Numbered from the stretch's first letter, positions 1 through 7,552 are shown. The stretch is DNA of 14,104 nt from Oligoflexales bacterium (GCA_044236265.1 JBIIGV010000074.1:1-14104); one strand, 5' to 3'. The notes: a model not told the origin generated them from the letters alone. A program made the numbers and translations.

Positions 1-1286
1 TGTCGGGTTTGATTACTCCTTCGCTGGACGAGATGATTCATGTGGCTAGCGAGATGGAGCGTCTCGGCCTAGACATTCCGCTGCTGATTGGCGGCGCAAC
101 GACCAGCAAGGCTCATACAGCCATTAAGATTGCTCCTGCATACAAAGGACCCATTATTCATGTAAGTGACGCGTCGCTAGTCGTCAATGTATGCTCGTCC
201 CTTCTCAGTCAAACGCAAAAGGCTTCCTATTTGAAGGAACATCGCGAATCTCAGGATGTTCTGCGCACTCGCTGGAATGAGTCTCAGTCCAAGGCAAGCT
301 TCTTGGCTTACGAGGTGGCCAAAAAACAGCGTTTAAAAGTGGACTGGGAGAATTCTCGGATCGACGAACCCTCTAACAAAGGGGTCTTTGAGTTCTCAGA
401 CCTACCTGTCGAAAAAATTGTTCCTTACATAGACTGGTCCCCGTTTTTCTGGACCTGGGGGATTCAGGGCATCTACCCCAAAATTTTTGAGAGTGAGAAG
501 TTTGGTGCTGAGGCCAAAAAGTTATTTGCAGATGCCCAGCGAATGCTATCAGACATCATCGCAAACAAGCGCTTTAAGCCAAAAGCTGTGATTGGTATTT
601 GGCCCGCGCAGGCTAGCGGCGATGATGTGCTGCTATTTAAGGACGAAACGCGGCGCGACGTTGTCGAGACGTTGTGTTTCCTGAGACAGCAGCGTCAAAA
701 ATCCGAGCCAGGTCCTTATCAGTGTCTTGCGGATTATGTCGCACCGCAGACCGTGGGTCGTAAGGACTGGATGGGAGCATTCGTGGTGACGACTGGGCAA
801 GAGGTTGAACAGTACGCTCAGGCGTTTGAGCAGCGCCACGATGATTATTCAAGTATCATGGCCAAGGCTTTGGGCGATAGAATTGCCGAGGCTTTGGCTG
901 AGCTTATGCACAAGAAGGTGCGTGAAATGTGGGGATACGAGTCACCCTCCGAAGTTGTTGCGATTGACGATTTGATTCGCGAGTCCTATCGCGGGATTCG
1001 CCCCGCTCCAGGTTATCCCGCTTGTCCAGACCACACGGAAAAGTCAAAAATTTGGAAATTGCTGGATGCGGAGGCTCGGACCGGTGTAAAACTTACAGAG
1101 AGTTTTGCAATGACGCCCGCAAGCTCAGTAAGTGGTCTCTATTTCGCGCATCCGGAGGCTAAGTACTTTAGAGTGGGTGAGATCCAGCAAGACCAGTTGA
1201 AGGACTATGCAACTAGAAAAGGTTTATCTGTTGCCGAAACCGCGAAGTGGCTTGCGAGCAATTTGGCGAGTTCAGCTTCGAATTGA
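1..1286 (+). CDS. metH: Cobalamin-dependent methionine synthase, C-terminal part (5' truncated by the window edge)
   Basis: The frame is open from the window start (SGLITPSLDEM, B12-binding domain) and contains PLLIGGATTS, YIDWSPFF, CLADYV and the activation-domain motif YRGIRPAPGYPACPDH. TTG at 9 is an internal Leu, not the true start. Confidence 0.97.
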   Translation, partial: SGLITPSLDEMIHVASEMERLGLDIPLLIGGATTSKAHTAIKIAPAYKGPIIHVSDASLVVNVCSSLLSQTQKASYLKEHRESQDVLRTRWNESQSKASFLAYEVAKKQRLKVDWENSRIDEPSNKGVFEFSDLPVEKIVPYIDWSPFFWTWGIQGIYPKIFESEKFGAEAKKLFADAQRMLSDIIANKRFKPKAVIGIWPAQASGDDVLLFKDETRRDVVETLCFLRQQRQKSEPGPYQCLADYVAPQTVGRKDWMGAFVVTTGQEVEQYAQAFEQRHDDYSSIMAKALGDRIAEALAELMHKKVREMWGYESPSEVVAIDDLIRESYRGIRPAPGYPACPDHTEKSKIWKLLDAEARTGVKLTESFAMTPASSVSGLYFAHPEAKYFRVGEIQQDQLKDYATRKGLSVAETAKWLASNLASSASN

Positions 1287-1313
1287 GACAATTAAATTGA
1301 AAGGAATCACTAG

Positions 1314-1706
1314 ATGAAAACAACACTGACTCTGAAGAAGTTTGCTCTGGCGGCGTTTGCACTTGCTCCAGTGATGGCGTATGCAGGCTACGAAGACCGG
1401 ACCATCTGGTTGCCTCCGGGGCATTGTATAGTCGTGGGAAGTCAGCAAGTTTGTGCTGTTAAGCCAGCTGATCAACCAACGACCCCAGGAAATGGCAGTG
1501 CACCGAAGAACAGACAGATGCATCTTTGTAAAAATGGGATCGTCCATGAGGCGGATCCAAGCCTTAAAGGTTGGGCGCATGTGATCGTTACGATCAGCCC
1601 CGAGGGCAAAAAACTAGGTCAGGAGGTCATCAAGACCTACGGTCCTTTAGGTAAAAAAGACTGTGATGCAGCTGTGGCGCAGGAGCAGTCCTCCTCAGCG
1701 AAATAG
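1314..1706 (+). CDS. Hypothetical secreted protein, 130 aa, 4 Cys
   Basis: AAGGA RBS at 1301-1305. Sec-type signal peptide (KK, hydrophobic FALAAFALAPV, AYA|G). Cys at 38, 47, 72 and 117. Followed by a strong hairpin. Confidence 0.85.
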   Translation: MKTTLTLKKFALAAFALAPVMAYAGYEDRTIWLPPGHCIVVGSQQVCAVKPADQPTTPGNGSAPKNRQMHLCKNGIVHEADPSLKGWAHVIVTISPEGKKLGQEVIKTYGPLGKKDCDAAVAQEQSSSAK

Positions 1707-1755
1707 CTTTGGCTTGCAGCTTGGCAATGTGTTTAGCATGTTGTTGAGCTTGCGA

Positions 1756-1800
1756 GAAAAAACCACCGAAAGATTTCAAATATCTTTCGGTGGTTTTTTC
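1756..1800. terminator. Intrinsic terminator, probably bidirectional
   Basis: Perfect 19-bp inverted repeat GAAAAAACCACCGAAAGAT / ATCTTTCGGTGGTTTTTTC with a 7-nt loop and A6/T6 tracts at the base. Confidence 0.85.
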
Positions 1801-1925
1801 GTTGCAAGATTTTACGCTTTTTTTTCTGCTCGCGATACAAATGAAATGACCCCCCGCTAAAATGATTGCAAAAATTGGCATTCATCATAGTAAATTTCGA
1901 ATCAAAAATTCGTTCTTTTGACGGA

Positions 1926-1953
1926 TTGACGATTGAAGGTTTCGACTTATCTT
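1926..1953 (+). promoter_or_regulatory. Putative sigma70 promoter for the HPF-like gene
   Basis: TTGACG (1926-1931), 16-nt spacer, TATCTT (1948-1953), about 90 nt upstream of the ATG. Confidence 0.4.
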
Positions 1954-2045
1954 AAGCTCATCAAGGAATATTTATCATGTAAGCCTTGAGAGGTGTTTCT
2001 GGTTAATCGAACCGTAAGGGTCAATCTCGTTTAGAGGAGGAATTT

Positions 2046-2507
2046 ATGAGAGTTCGTTTTACGTTCAAGCACATGTTACCGTCGAAAGAGTTTAAGGACA
2101 TTGCGGAATCCAAGTTCGCAAATTTAATGCGAAGGTTCCACGCTTATACTCGAAAGATTCGTGTCACGGTCGATACCGACGGTCCGTTCAAGAGAATGCA
2201 CGCATTTTTGATTACTCAAAATGGTCGTGAAGTCGAAGCTTCGGTTCGTGGGCAGAATGAATTTTCGCTTATCGACGAGCTTGTTCAGAAGCTGGACGGG
2301 CAGATGCGAAGGACCAAGGATCGCTGGACAGCGTCTAAACATAAGATCCGGATGCGCCAAGGGCTAAAAGGTGAGCTGCAAAAGGAGCCAAGTGCGAGGT
2401 TTTGGGGCAGTCACCCAAGCCGTGATTCTGCCCCGATCGATGCAGGGGATATACTTAAATTACCGCCTCATCTCTGGGGACCGGTGACTGCTGATCGAGC
2501 GAGTTAA
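2046..2507 (+). CDS. HPF/RaiA-family ribosome-associated protein with C-terminal extension
   Basis: GAGGAGG RBS. The first ~95 aa follow the HPF pattern: MRVRFTFKHM, SKFANL, EVEASVRGQNEFSLIDELVQKLDGQMRRTKDR (compare E. coli HPF [32 protein letters not shown]). Confidence 0.8.
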   Translation: MRVRFTFKHMLPSKEFKDIAESKFANLMRRFHAYTRKIRVTVDTDGPFKRMHAFLITQNGREVEASVRGQNEFSLIDELVQKLDGQMRRTKDRWTASKHKIRMRQGLKGELQKEPSARFWGSHPSRDSAPIDAGDILKLPPHLWGPVTADRAS

Positions 2508-2523
2508 TTCAGGGTAGACCGGG

Positions 2524-2556
2524 AGGGGCGGACGGATGTCTGCCCCTTTTATTTTT
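2524..2556 (+). terminator. Intrinsic terminator between the convergent HPF-like and GT9 genes
   Basis: AGGGGCGGAC-ggat-GTCTGCCCCT stem (one G-U pair) followed by TTTATTTTT. Confidence 0.8.
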
Positions 2557-3655
2557 AATCAAGATTTTTAGATTTAAAGTTTTTTTCAACCAAGTCTCGC
2601 ACGTGATTGACGTCGAGATCGTTCATACATTTGAAGTGTCCTAGGGGACAAGACGCGGGTCCGTGATCGCTACATGGGCGACAATCAAGTTTTATCTCAG
2701 CAATGGAGCTCATATTAGCAAGAGGTGCAAATCCCATCGCCGGTACAGTTGAACCAAAGATTGCAACGGTTGGAACATTAAACGCTGACGCATAATGAAT
2801 AGGTGAGCTGTCATTGGAGATTAGTTGCGTAAGTCGTGGATAAATTCCATGGAGGTCTGCCAGTGAGGTTTTTCCTGCAAGATTGAGGATTTTTTCTTTA
2901 GCTTCTGGCCTCGTTCGGAGACAGGCTTCTTCAATGAAGTCCGCAGCGGGACGATCATCACTTCCCCCAAGAAGAACAATTCCCGTGTTGGGTTTGTCGA
3001 GCAACATCTGAGCAAGTGATGCAAACTTGGCCATGGGCCAACGCTTAGTGGCCCAGACGCTACCAGGTGCGACTGCGATCCAGTTAACACCAGCCGTCAT
3101 GGCATCTGCGATGGGAGGTAATTTGGCTTTTGGAAGAAAGGGTTTGCCTCCCAAAAACTGATCTCTTCGTAAACCAATGGTTTCTAGAAGTAGAGCAATT
3201 CGATCGCACTCGTGAAACACGGCAACACGTGGCACTCTGCATTTAGCCATCCACGAACCCACAGTTTCCTCGTATGTATGCAGCGGAAATCCAATCAGTT
3301 TACTGAGAAGAGTTGATCGCAGAGACTTGTGCGGCTGCAAGATCACTGTCGAGTGAGGCAATCTCAGGTTTTTAATGGACTGTCGTACTCTAATCATTGG
3401 TGATAATTGACCGTCACGCTTAGAAAAAACGTGAATGGATGCCAGAAGCGGATGGTGTTCCAGTACTTTTGCTCCAGTGGGCGTAGTCACCATGTGCTGA
3501 CGAACGCCCGGAAGAAGATCGTGGAGCGATTTTATTGCGGCGGTTGTGAGCACGATGTCGCCGATGAAGCTCGTCTGCACCCATATGACATCACTGATGG
3601 CAACATCGTCGTTACGGATGTATTTTGAGGTGATAGACAAGAGCATCGTCTCCAT
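2555..3655 (-). CDS. Glycosyltransferase family 9 (LPS heptosyltransferase II-like, WaaF/RfaF type)
   Basis: Motifs QTSFIGDIVLTT, APGSVWATKRWP, NLAGKTSL, SNDSSPIHYASAFNVPTVAIFG and C-terminal CRPC...CPLGHFKCM. The start is uncertain (ATG 3655 or 3646); the ORF-track start at 3772 lies deep inside the GNAT gene. Confidence 0.9.
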   Translation of the reverse strand: METMLLSITSKYIRNDDVAISDVIWVQTSFIGDIVLTTAAIKSLHDLLPGVRQHMVTTPTGAKVLEHHPLLASIHVFSKRDGQLSPMIRVRQSIKNLRLPHSTVILQPHKSLRSTLLSKLIGFPLHTYEETVGSWMAKCRVPRVAVFHECDRIALLLETIGLRRDQFLGGKPFLPKAKLPPIADAMTAGVNWIAVAPGSVWATKRWPMAKFASLAQMLLDKPNTGIVLLGGSDDRPAADFIEEACLRTRPEAKEKILNLAGKTSLADLHGIYPRLTQLISNDSSPIHYASAFNVPTVAIFGSTVPAMGFAPLANMSSIAEIKLDCRPCSDHGPASCPLGHFKCMNDLDVNHVRDLVEKNFKSKNLD

Positions 3656-4103
3656 TTTTGTAATAGTTTTTCCTTCGTGACATGTGCTTAAAGCCAAAAT
3701 CTTCGTAAACTTTGATCGCAGCTTCATTGGAAGGACGGACTTCGAGAGATAACAACTTAGCTTGGGTTTCATCGCGCAGTCTTCTGATGAGATCCGCCAT
3801 CAGTTGTCGCCCGATGCCACTGCCGCGGTATTTCGGTAACGTAAAGACATAGAGTAACTCAGAAGCATCCGGATTTACGGTAGCCATGTACCACCCAAGC
3901 CAATCTAGTTGGCCATCCATGGTTGCGTATGCACTGAGGATCGAAGGTTGATGGAGGAGGGAGTCAAGGCAGCTGTCAAAAGACCAAAAACCGCCATCGA
4001 ACTGCCACTGTTCTACCAACTTTTTGAGCGGCTCAAGAACATTGCCTTTAGCAACGTCAGACTGCTTTAAAGATTTAATCATGACGATAGGATGTGCACT
4101 CAT
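3612..4103 (-). CDS. GNAT N-acetyltransferase, RimI-like
   Basis: Acetyl-CoA motif YRGSGIGRQLM and RimI-type LEVRPSNEAAIKVYEDFGF...RRKNYYKNGDDAL. ATG 4103 overlaps the upstream TGA (ATGA), so I prefer it to 4127. Confidence 0.88.
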   Translation of the reverse strand: MSAHPIVMIKSLKQSDVAKGNVLEPLKKLVEQWQFDGGFWSFDSCLDSLLHQPSILSAYATMDGQLDWLGWYMATVNPDASELLYVFTLPKYRGSGIGRQLMADLIRRLRDETQAKLLSLEVRPSNEAAIKVYEDFGFKHMSRRKNYYKNGDDALVYHLKIHP

Positions 4104-4693
4104 GATTTCGGTTCTAAAGTGATCCATGTTTTTGCGTCGTCGAAGTAGCGGACAATGGACCGTTTGGCTAGATCGTCCTCCCAGGAACTTCCCGAGGATG
4201 TTTCTTCTTCATCGAGTGACTTTTTACCTCGACGGTAGTTCTCAACGGTCGTGATTTTTAGGATTTCGGTTTCGATCTCGGTTCTGGCGAGCCCCAGGCG
4301 ATCGAATGCTGTCTTGAATTCTGGTGACATTGAGATGTTCTTTTCGGTTTTGAACCTCAGCCGCTGAATGGCTTCTTTTGTTGGACGAAAACCTGAGGAC
4401 TTGGTTGCATCCTGGTGAATCATCATATCTTTCACAAAAGCATTAATTGCCAAATTCCAATTCGACTGTTGAACTGTCTGCGATTTTTCGATGCCATCAC
4501 GCAGCGTTTCTTTGACGTTAATATATCGTTCAATTTGTGTTTGTGAGTAGGGGATGCTGTTAATTGCCAGAATGATGCGATCCGCGATAGCCTTGGCAAA
4601 CAACGACTCGGGCGCTAGCATTGTGCACCACAAGGCAATTATGGCAAAGCGTGAGCGGAGTGTTCGCAATTGTTGATCTTGAATCAGAATCAT
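4100..4693 (-). CDS. Exported protein with SurA N-terminal-like chaperone domain and no visible PPIase domain
   Basis: GGGAGG RBS just before ATG 4693. Signal-like segment RSRFAIIALWCTMLAPESLFA, then IADRIILAINSIPYSQTQI resembling the SurA_N start (DRIVAVVN...IT..EL), and later EFKTAFDRLGLARTEIETEI. Confidence 0.65.
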   Translation of the reverse strand: MILIQDQQLRTLRSRFAIIALWCTMLAPESLFAKAIADRIILAINSIPYSQTQIERYINVKETLRDGIEKSQTVQQSNWNLAINAFVKDMMIHQDATKSSGFRPTKEAIQRLRFKTEKNISMSPEFKTAFDRLGLARTEIETEILKITTVENYRRGKKSLDEEETSSGSSWEDDLAKRSIVRYFDDAKTWITLEPKS

Positions 4694-4889
4694 GACCCCT
4701 CCCGTGTGACTCTCGTTCACACAATTTGTGAGGATATTGTCAATCATTTTTCAGCGATTTTCCAATGGCTTTAGCGAACACGCAGCAGGTGATGGTTGGT
4801 GCTTATGGAATTGGTGATTTATTCGGCGTCTTAGACCCACGGAACAACCATTATAAATAAAAAAATTTTTAAAACCGCGTTGAGAGGGC

Positions 4890-4918
4890 TTGACAAGAAG
4901 ATGAAGCCTTGTAACTCT
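4890..4918 (+). promoter_or_regulatory. Putative sigma70 promoter of the HU gene
   Basis: Consensus TTGACA at 4890-4895 with an AT-rich tract upstream (about 4851-4874). The -10 (TGTAACTCT region) is only a partial match. Confidence 0.4.
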
Positions 4919-4969
4919 TGTGGGTAGGTTAAACCTGAAACGCTATTTTTGAAACCTTAGGAGGATCCT

Positions 4970-5242
4970 ATGAACAAGGCAGAACTCATTGAAGCAGTAT
5001 CCAAAGTTACTGAAATGACGAAGGCAGACACAGAGCGCGCTATCGACGCTTTCATCGACGTCGTTTCCAAGAACATCAAGAAGAAGGACGGCGTTAAGCT
5101 TGTTGGCTTCGGAACATTCGCTGTTTCCGCTCGCAAAGCTCGCGTTGGCCGCAACCCACAGACTGGCGAAGAGATCCAGATCCCAGCTCGCAAAGTTCCT
5201 GTGTTCCGCCCAGGAAAAGAGCTTAAGGACGCAGTTCGCTAA
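4970..5242 (+). CDS. hup: HU-family nucleoid DNA-binding protein
   Basis: MNKAELIEAV...VKLVGFGTF...RKARVGRNPQTGEEIQIPARKVPVFRPGKELKDAV, 90 aa, AGGAGG RBS. Confidence 0.98.
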   Translation: MNKAELIEAVSKVTEMTKADTERAIDAFIDVVSKNIKKKDGVKLVGFGTFAVSARKARVGRNPQTGEEIQIPARKVPVFRPGKELKDAVR

Positions 5243-5250
5243 TTGCTCTT

Positions 5251-5287
5251 AAAGAAAAAGGGACCCTTCAAGGGTCCCTATTTCTTT
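5251..5287 (+). terminator. Intrinsic terminator after hup
   Basis: AGGGACCCT-tca-AGGGTCCCT stem flanked by AAAGAAA / TTTCTTT. Confidence 0.8.
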
Positions 5288-5301
5288 ATCTCTGCATTGC
5301 A

Positions 5302-5339
5302 AAAAAAATCCCTCAGCCGTTAAGCTGAGGGATTTTTTT
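5302..5339. terminator. Second, bidirectional intrinsic terminator abutting the stop of the convergent gene
   Basis: Perfect 16-bp stem AAAAAAATCCCTCAGC-cgttaa-GCTGAGGGATTTTTTT. Confidence 0.85.
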
Positions 5340-5532
5340 ACATGTCTTCGGCTTCGTCCAGGAAGTCCACAAGTTTGAATTTCGTCATATCGCGGGACGA
5401 TATGATTTTCATTTCCCCATCAGCGTCACTGTCATCTTCGCGAGCCAGCAGGTACGCATCTTCTTTGCTATGGTAATTTAACACAATCCACATTTCACGG
5501 GCTGCTTTATCGTAAACTCTGAATGGAACCAT
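5338..5532 (-). CDS. Small acidic hypothetical protein, 64 aa
   Basis: AGGAG RBS precedes ATG 5532 (MVPFRVYDK...). The ORF ends at a terminator. The longer 5601 start lacks an obvious RBS. Confidence 0.75.
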   Translation of the reverse strand: MVPFRVYDKAAREMWIVLNYHSKEDAYLLAREDDSDADGEMKIISSRDMTKFKLVDFLDEAEDM

Positions 5533-5604
5533 GCTGTACTCCTGTAAGTTCTGAACACGATCTTGTATAAGATAACACGGCGTGTTCCGGTGCAGAATCA
5601 AAAT

Positions 5605-6765
5605 TCACAAAAAAATCTCGGAGAGATCCAGGGAAGGGGAGCGCGACACCCCTTGACCGGCAGGAATGACCAATGTCAGATGGGCCTCTTGGTCATTATT
5701 AGTCATTTCTATGGGCAAACATGCGGCGGGTAGAAAAAACGTTTCACCCTGCTGCATGGTGATAGGTTTTTGTGTATGCAGGCCTGTTTGCAAAAGCCCT
5801 GTCAGTACCGTAAGGCAGCCGTAACCGATCAGGGGGTTGAGCTTAATTTTAGCCTTTGGGGAAAGTTTAATCGAAATAGTTTGATACCAAGAATTTGCGG
5901 GATACGCATCGATGACAATTCCGGTGGATGGAGTCAGTGTTGATGGTTTTCTTCGCAGCAGATCAACGTATTTTTGGCCGTGCTGGGACTCAGGAGTTAA
6001 AAGGGTCATAGACTCTCTGATGTGGAGGTCTCGAGGTTTTCCATGAATGGGATCGAGATCACCATTTTGGTCATATTTACGATTCCAGTCCCACATGCGC
6101 CAAGTTTTGCCGCTTTTACCCGCAGTAATCCTTTGCGGTTCAAGTAGAACGACTCCCGGACCAATCGCATGGGGAACATGGGGTTCAATTTCAAAGTAGT
6201 CACCCGGTTGTACGGGTACAAATTGCAACATGCTTTCATCAAACTCGCCACCATCAAGTTTTCTTTTGATTTCGGCGGTTGTCCAGGCGCGACTAAATCC
6301 AAGATAAAACCCAGATCCAGGTTTGGCAGATAGAACAAGCCAGCTCTCCGGTTTTCCACACTCATTTGATTTGAGATCAGGGTGGTTGTCCGACGGGTGA
6401 ATTTGCAGCGAAAGCGGTGAGTCAGCGTTCAGTAGTTTGACTAAAATGTCGCAAGTTGTTCGCCCGCTGGCGACAAGCGAGGTAGAAAGGCAGTCCTCCG
6501 GATATCGGGCAATAAGCTCTGAAAGCGTCAATGCAGGGTTGCCTGCAAGTTTTGAGGGCGCGTCCGGATCACAGGACATTTCCCAAGACTCTCCGACGCG
6601 GTCCGTTGAACTAGAACATTGCTTGGCCTTTATCCCTGTTGCCAGTTCGGAGCCAGCCCAAGGGGTTCTTTTCAAGGACGTAAAGTTTCTTGAATCCAGG
6701 GCGATGGGGGCTTTCAGTGCAGACTCCACCCATTTCAAATTTTGCTCATCAAGCGAAGCGACCAC
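5605..6765 (-). CDS. Class I mannose-6-phosphate isomerase-like cupin protein
   Basis: Motifs WAGSEL, VGESWE, LVKLLNADSPLSLQIHP, GKPESW, VQPGD and HAIG, with Zn ligands Q/H/E/H present. GTG start with GGAGGAG RBS, overlapping the 3' end of the HIT gene. Confidence 0.88.
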   Translation of the reverse strand: MVASLDEQNLKWVESALKAPIALDSRNFTSLKRTPWAGSELATGIKAKQCSSSTDRVGESWEMSCDPDAPSKLAGNPALTLSELIARYPEDCLSTSLVASGRTTCDILVKLLNADSPLSLQIHPSDNHPDLKSNECGKPESWLVLSAKPGSGFYLGFSRAWTTAEIKRKLDGGEFDESMLQFVPVQPGDYFEIEPHVPHAIGPGVVLLEPQRITAGKSGKTWRMWDWNRKYDQNGDLDPIHGKPRDLHIRESMTLLTPESQHGQKYVDLLRRKPSTLTPSTGIVIDAYPANSWYQTISIKLSPKAKIKLNPLIGYGCLTVLTGLLQTGLHTQKPITMQQGETFFLPAACLPIEMTNNDQEAHLTLVIPAGQGVSRSPSLDLSEIFL

Positions 6766-7093
6766 TTAGGCTTTCTCCTCCTAAGATATGGGCATGTACG
6801 TAGTCAACGGACTGACCACCCTCTCTCCCTGTGTTTAGGACTGTTCTATAGCCGCTGTTGGCAAGCCCAAGTTTTTCTGCAACGGCTGCTACCTTTTGAA
6901 AGAACGTGCCAACCTCACCGGGTTGCCACGTCTGAAGTTCGCTTAAATTTCGAGCTCTCTTCTTTGGGATGACCAAAACGTGTACTTTGGCCTGGGGGGA
7001 GATATCTTTGAATGCCAGGACATGCTGGTCCTCATAAACCACCTGTGCTGGTATTTGTCCGGCCAATATTTTGTCAAAAATAGTATCTGACAT
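6749..7093 (-). CDS. Histidine triad nucleotide-binding protein (HinT/Hint family)
   Basis: TIFDKIL..IPA.VVYED, AFKDISPQAKVHVLVIPK, GYRTVLNTGREGGQSVDYVHAHILGG. AGGAG RBS at 7101-7105. Confidence 0.95.
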   Translation of the reverse strand: MSDTIFDKILAGQIPAQVVYEDQHVLAFKDISPQAKVHVLVIPKKRARNLSELQTWQPGEVGTFFQKVAAVAEKLGLANSGYRTVLNTGREGGQSVDYVHAHILGGESLSGRFA

Positions 7094-7294
7094 TGTTTGA
7101 CTCCTAGTGTGCCAGTCCTTAGGTTGAACTGGGCGCAGTGTCGCTATCTTCTGTCACAGTCGGTATGTTAAGCGGCTATAATACAACTTCCAAGCAGAAT
7201 CGAAGCTTAGATCAGTGATTCATCGTGAAAATGGATTTTGCACCCCCTGTATCTTCATGGTAGTCTGGTAGTCTTGATAGAGAGGGCTCGCACC

Positions 7295-7552
7295 ATGAGT
7301 TACACGAAGCTACTTGTAGATAATTCAATCTGTTCTCGTCGATTCCATCTGACTTTTGACAACGAAGCTCCGCTTGCTGACAAAGTGGAAGTCAAATGTC
7401 CGCACTGCCAGCACGTACTTTTTTCGGCAGAGAATCATCCCCCGGTGAAATTGGCGCGCGATGAAAATTTGGTACGTACAACACAGTTGAGCCGTAATTT
7501 AATCAAAGAGTGTGATTTTAAAGATCCATTTGTGGTGACTCCGTCCCATTAA
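7295..7552 (+). CDS. Small zinc-ribbon-like hypothetical protein, 85 aa
   Basis: ATG 7295 follows GAGAGGG. Contains NSIC..RF...VEVKCPHC.HVLF. Its stop overlaps the next start (TAATG). Confidence 0.75.
   Translation: MSYTKLLVDNSICSRRFHLTFDNEAPLADKVEVKCPHCQHVLFSAENHPPVKLARDENLVRTTQLSRNLIKECDFKDPFVVTPSH

Noticed and set aside
1721..1740. Possible sigma54 site TTGGCAATGTGTTTAGC upstream of the HPF-like gene
   Set aside because: The GG-to-GC spacing is 11 rather than 10, and it lies upstream of a strong terminator.
1630..1881. ORFs 1630-1881 (-) and 1663-1860 (+)
   Set aside because: Both run through the palindromic terminator, hence their mirrored KTTER/SFGGFF text. They overlap a real gene and I see no convincing RBS.
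1810..2045. Riboswitch or ncRNA in the long intergenic region
   Set aside because: I recognise no cobalamin, SAM or c-di-GMP aptamer motifs by eye. An Rfam/Infernal scan would be needed to exclude one.
3656..3772. Long N-terminal extension of the GT9 ORF
   Set aside because: It lies inside the conserved part of the GNAT gene, and GT9 similarity only begins near DVIWVQTSFIGD.
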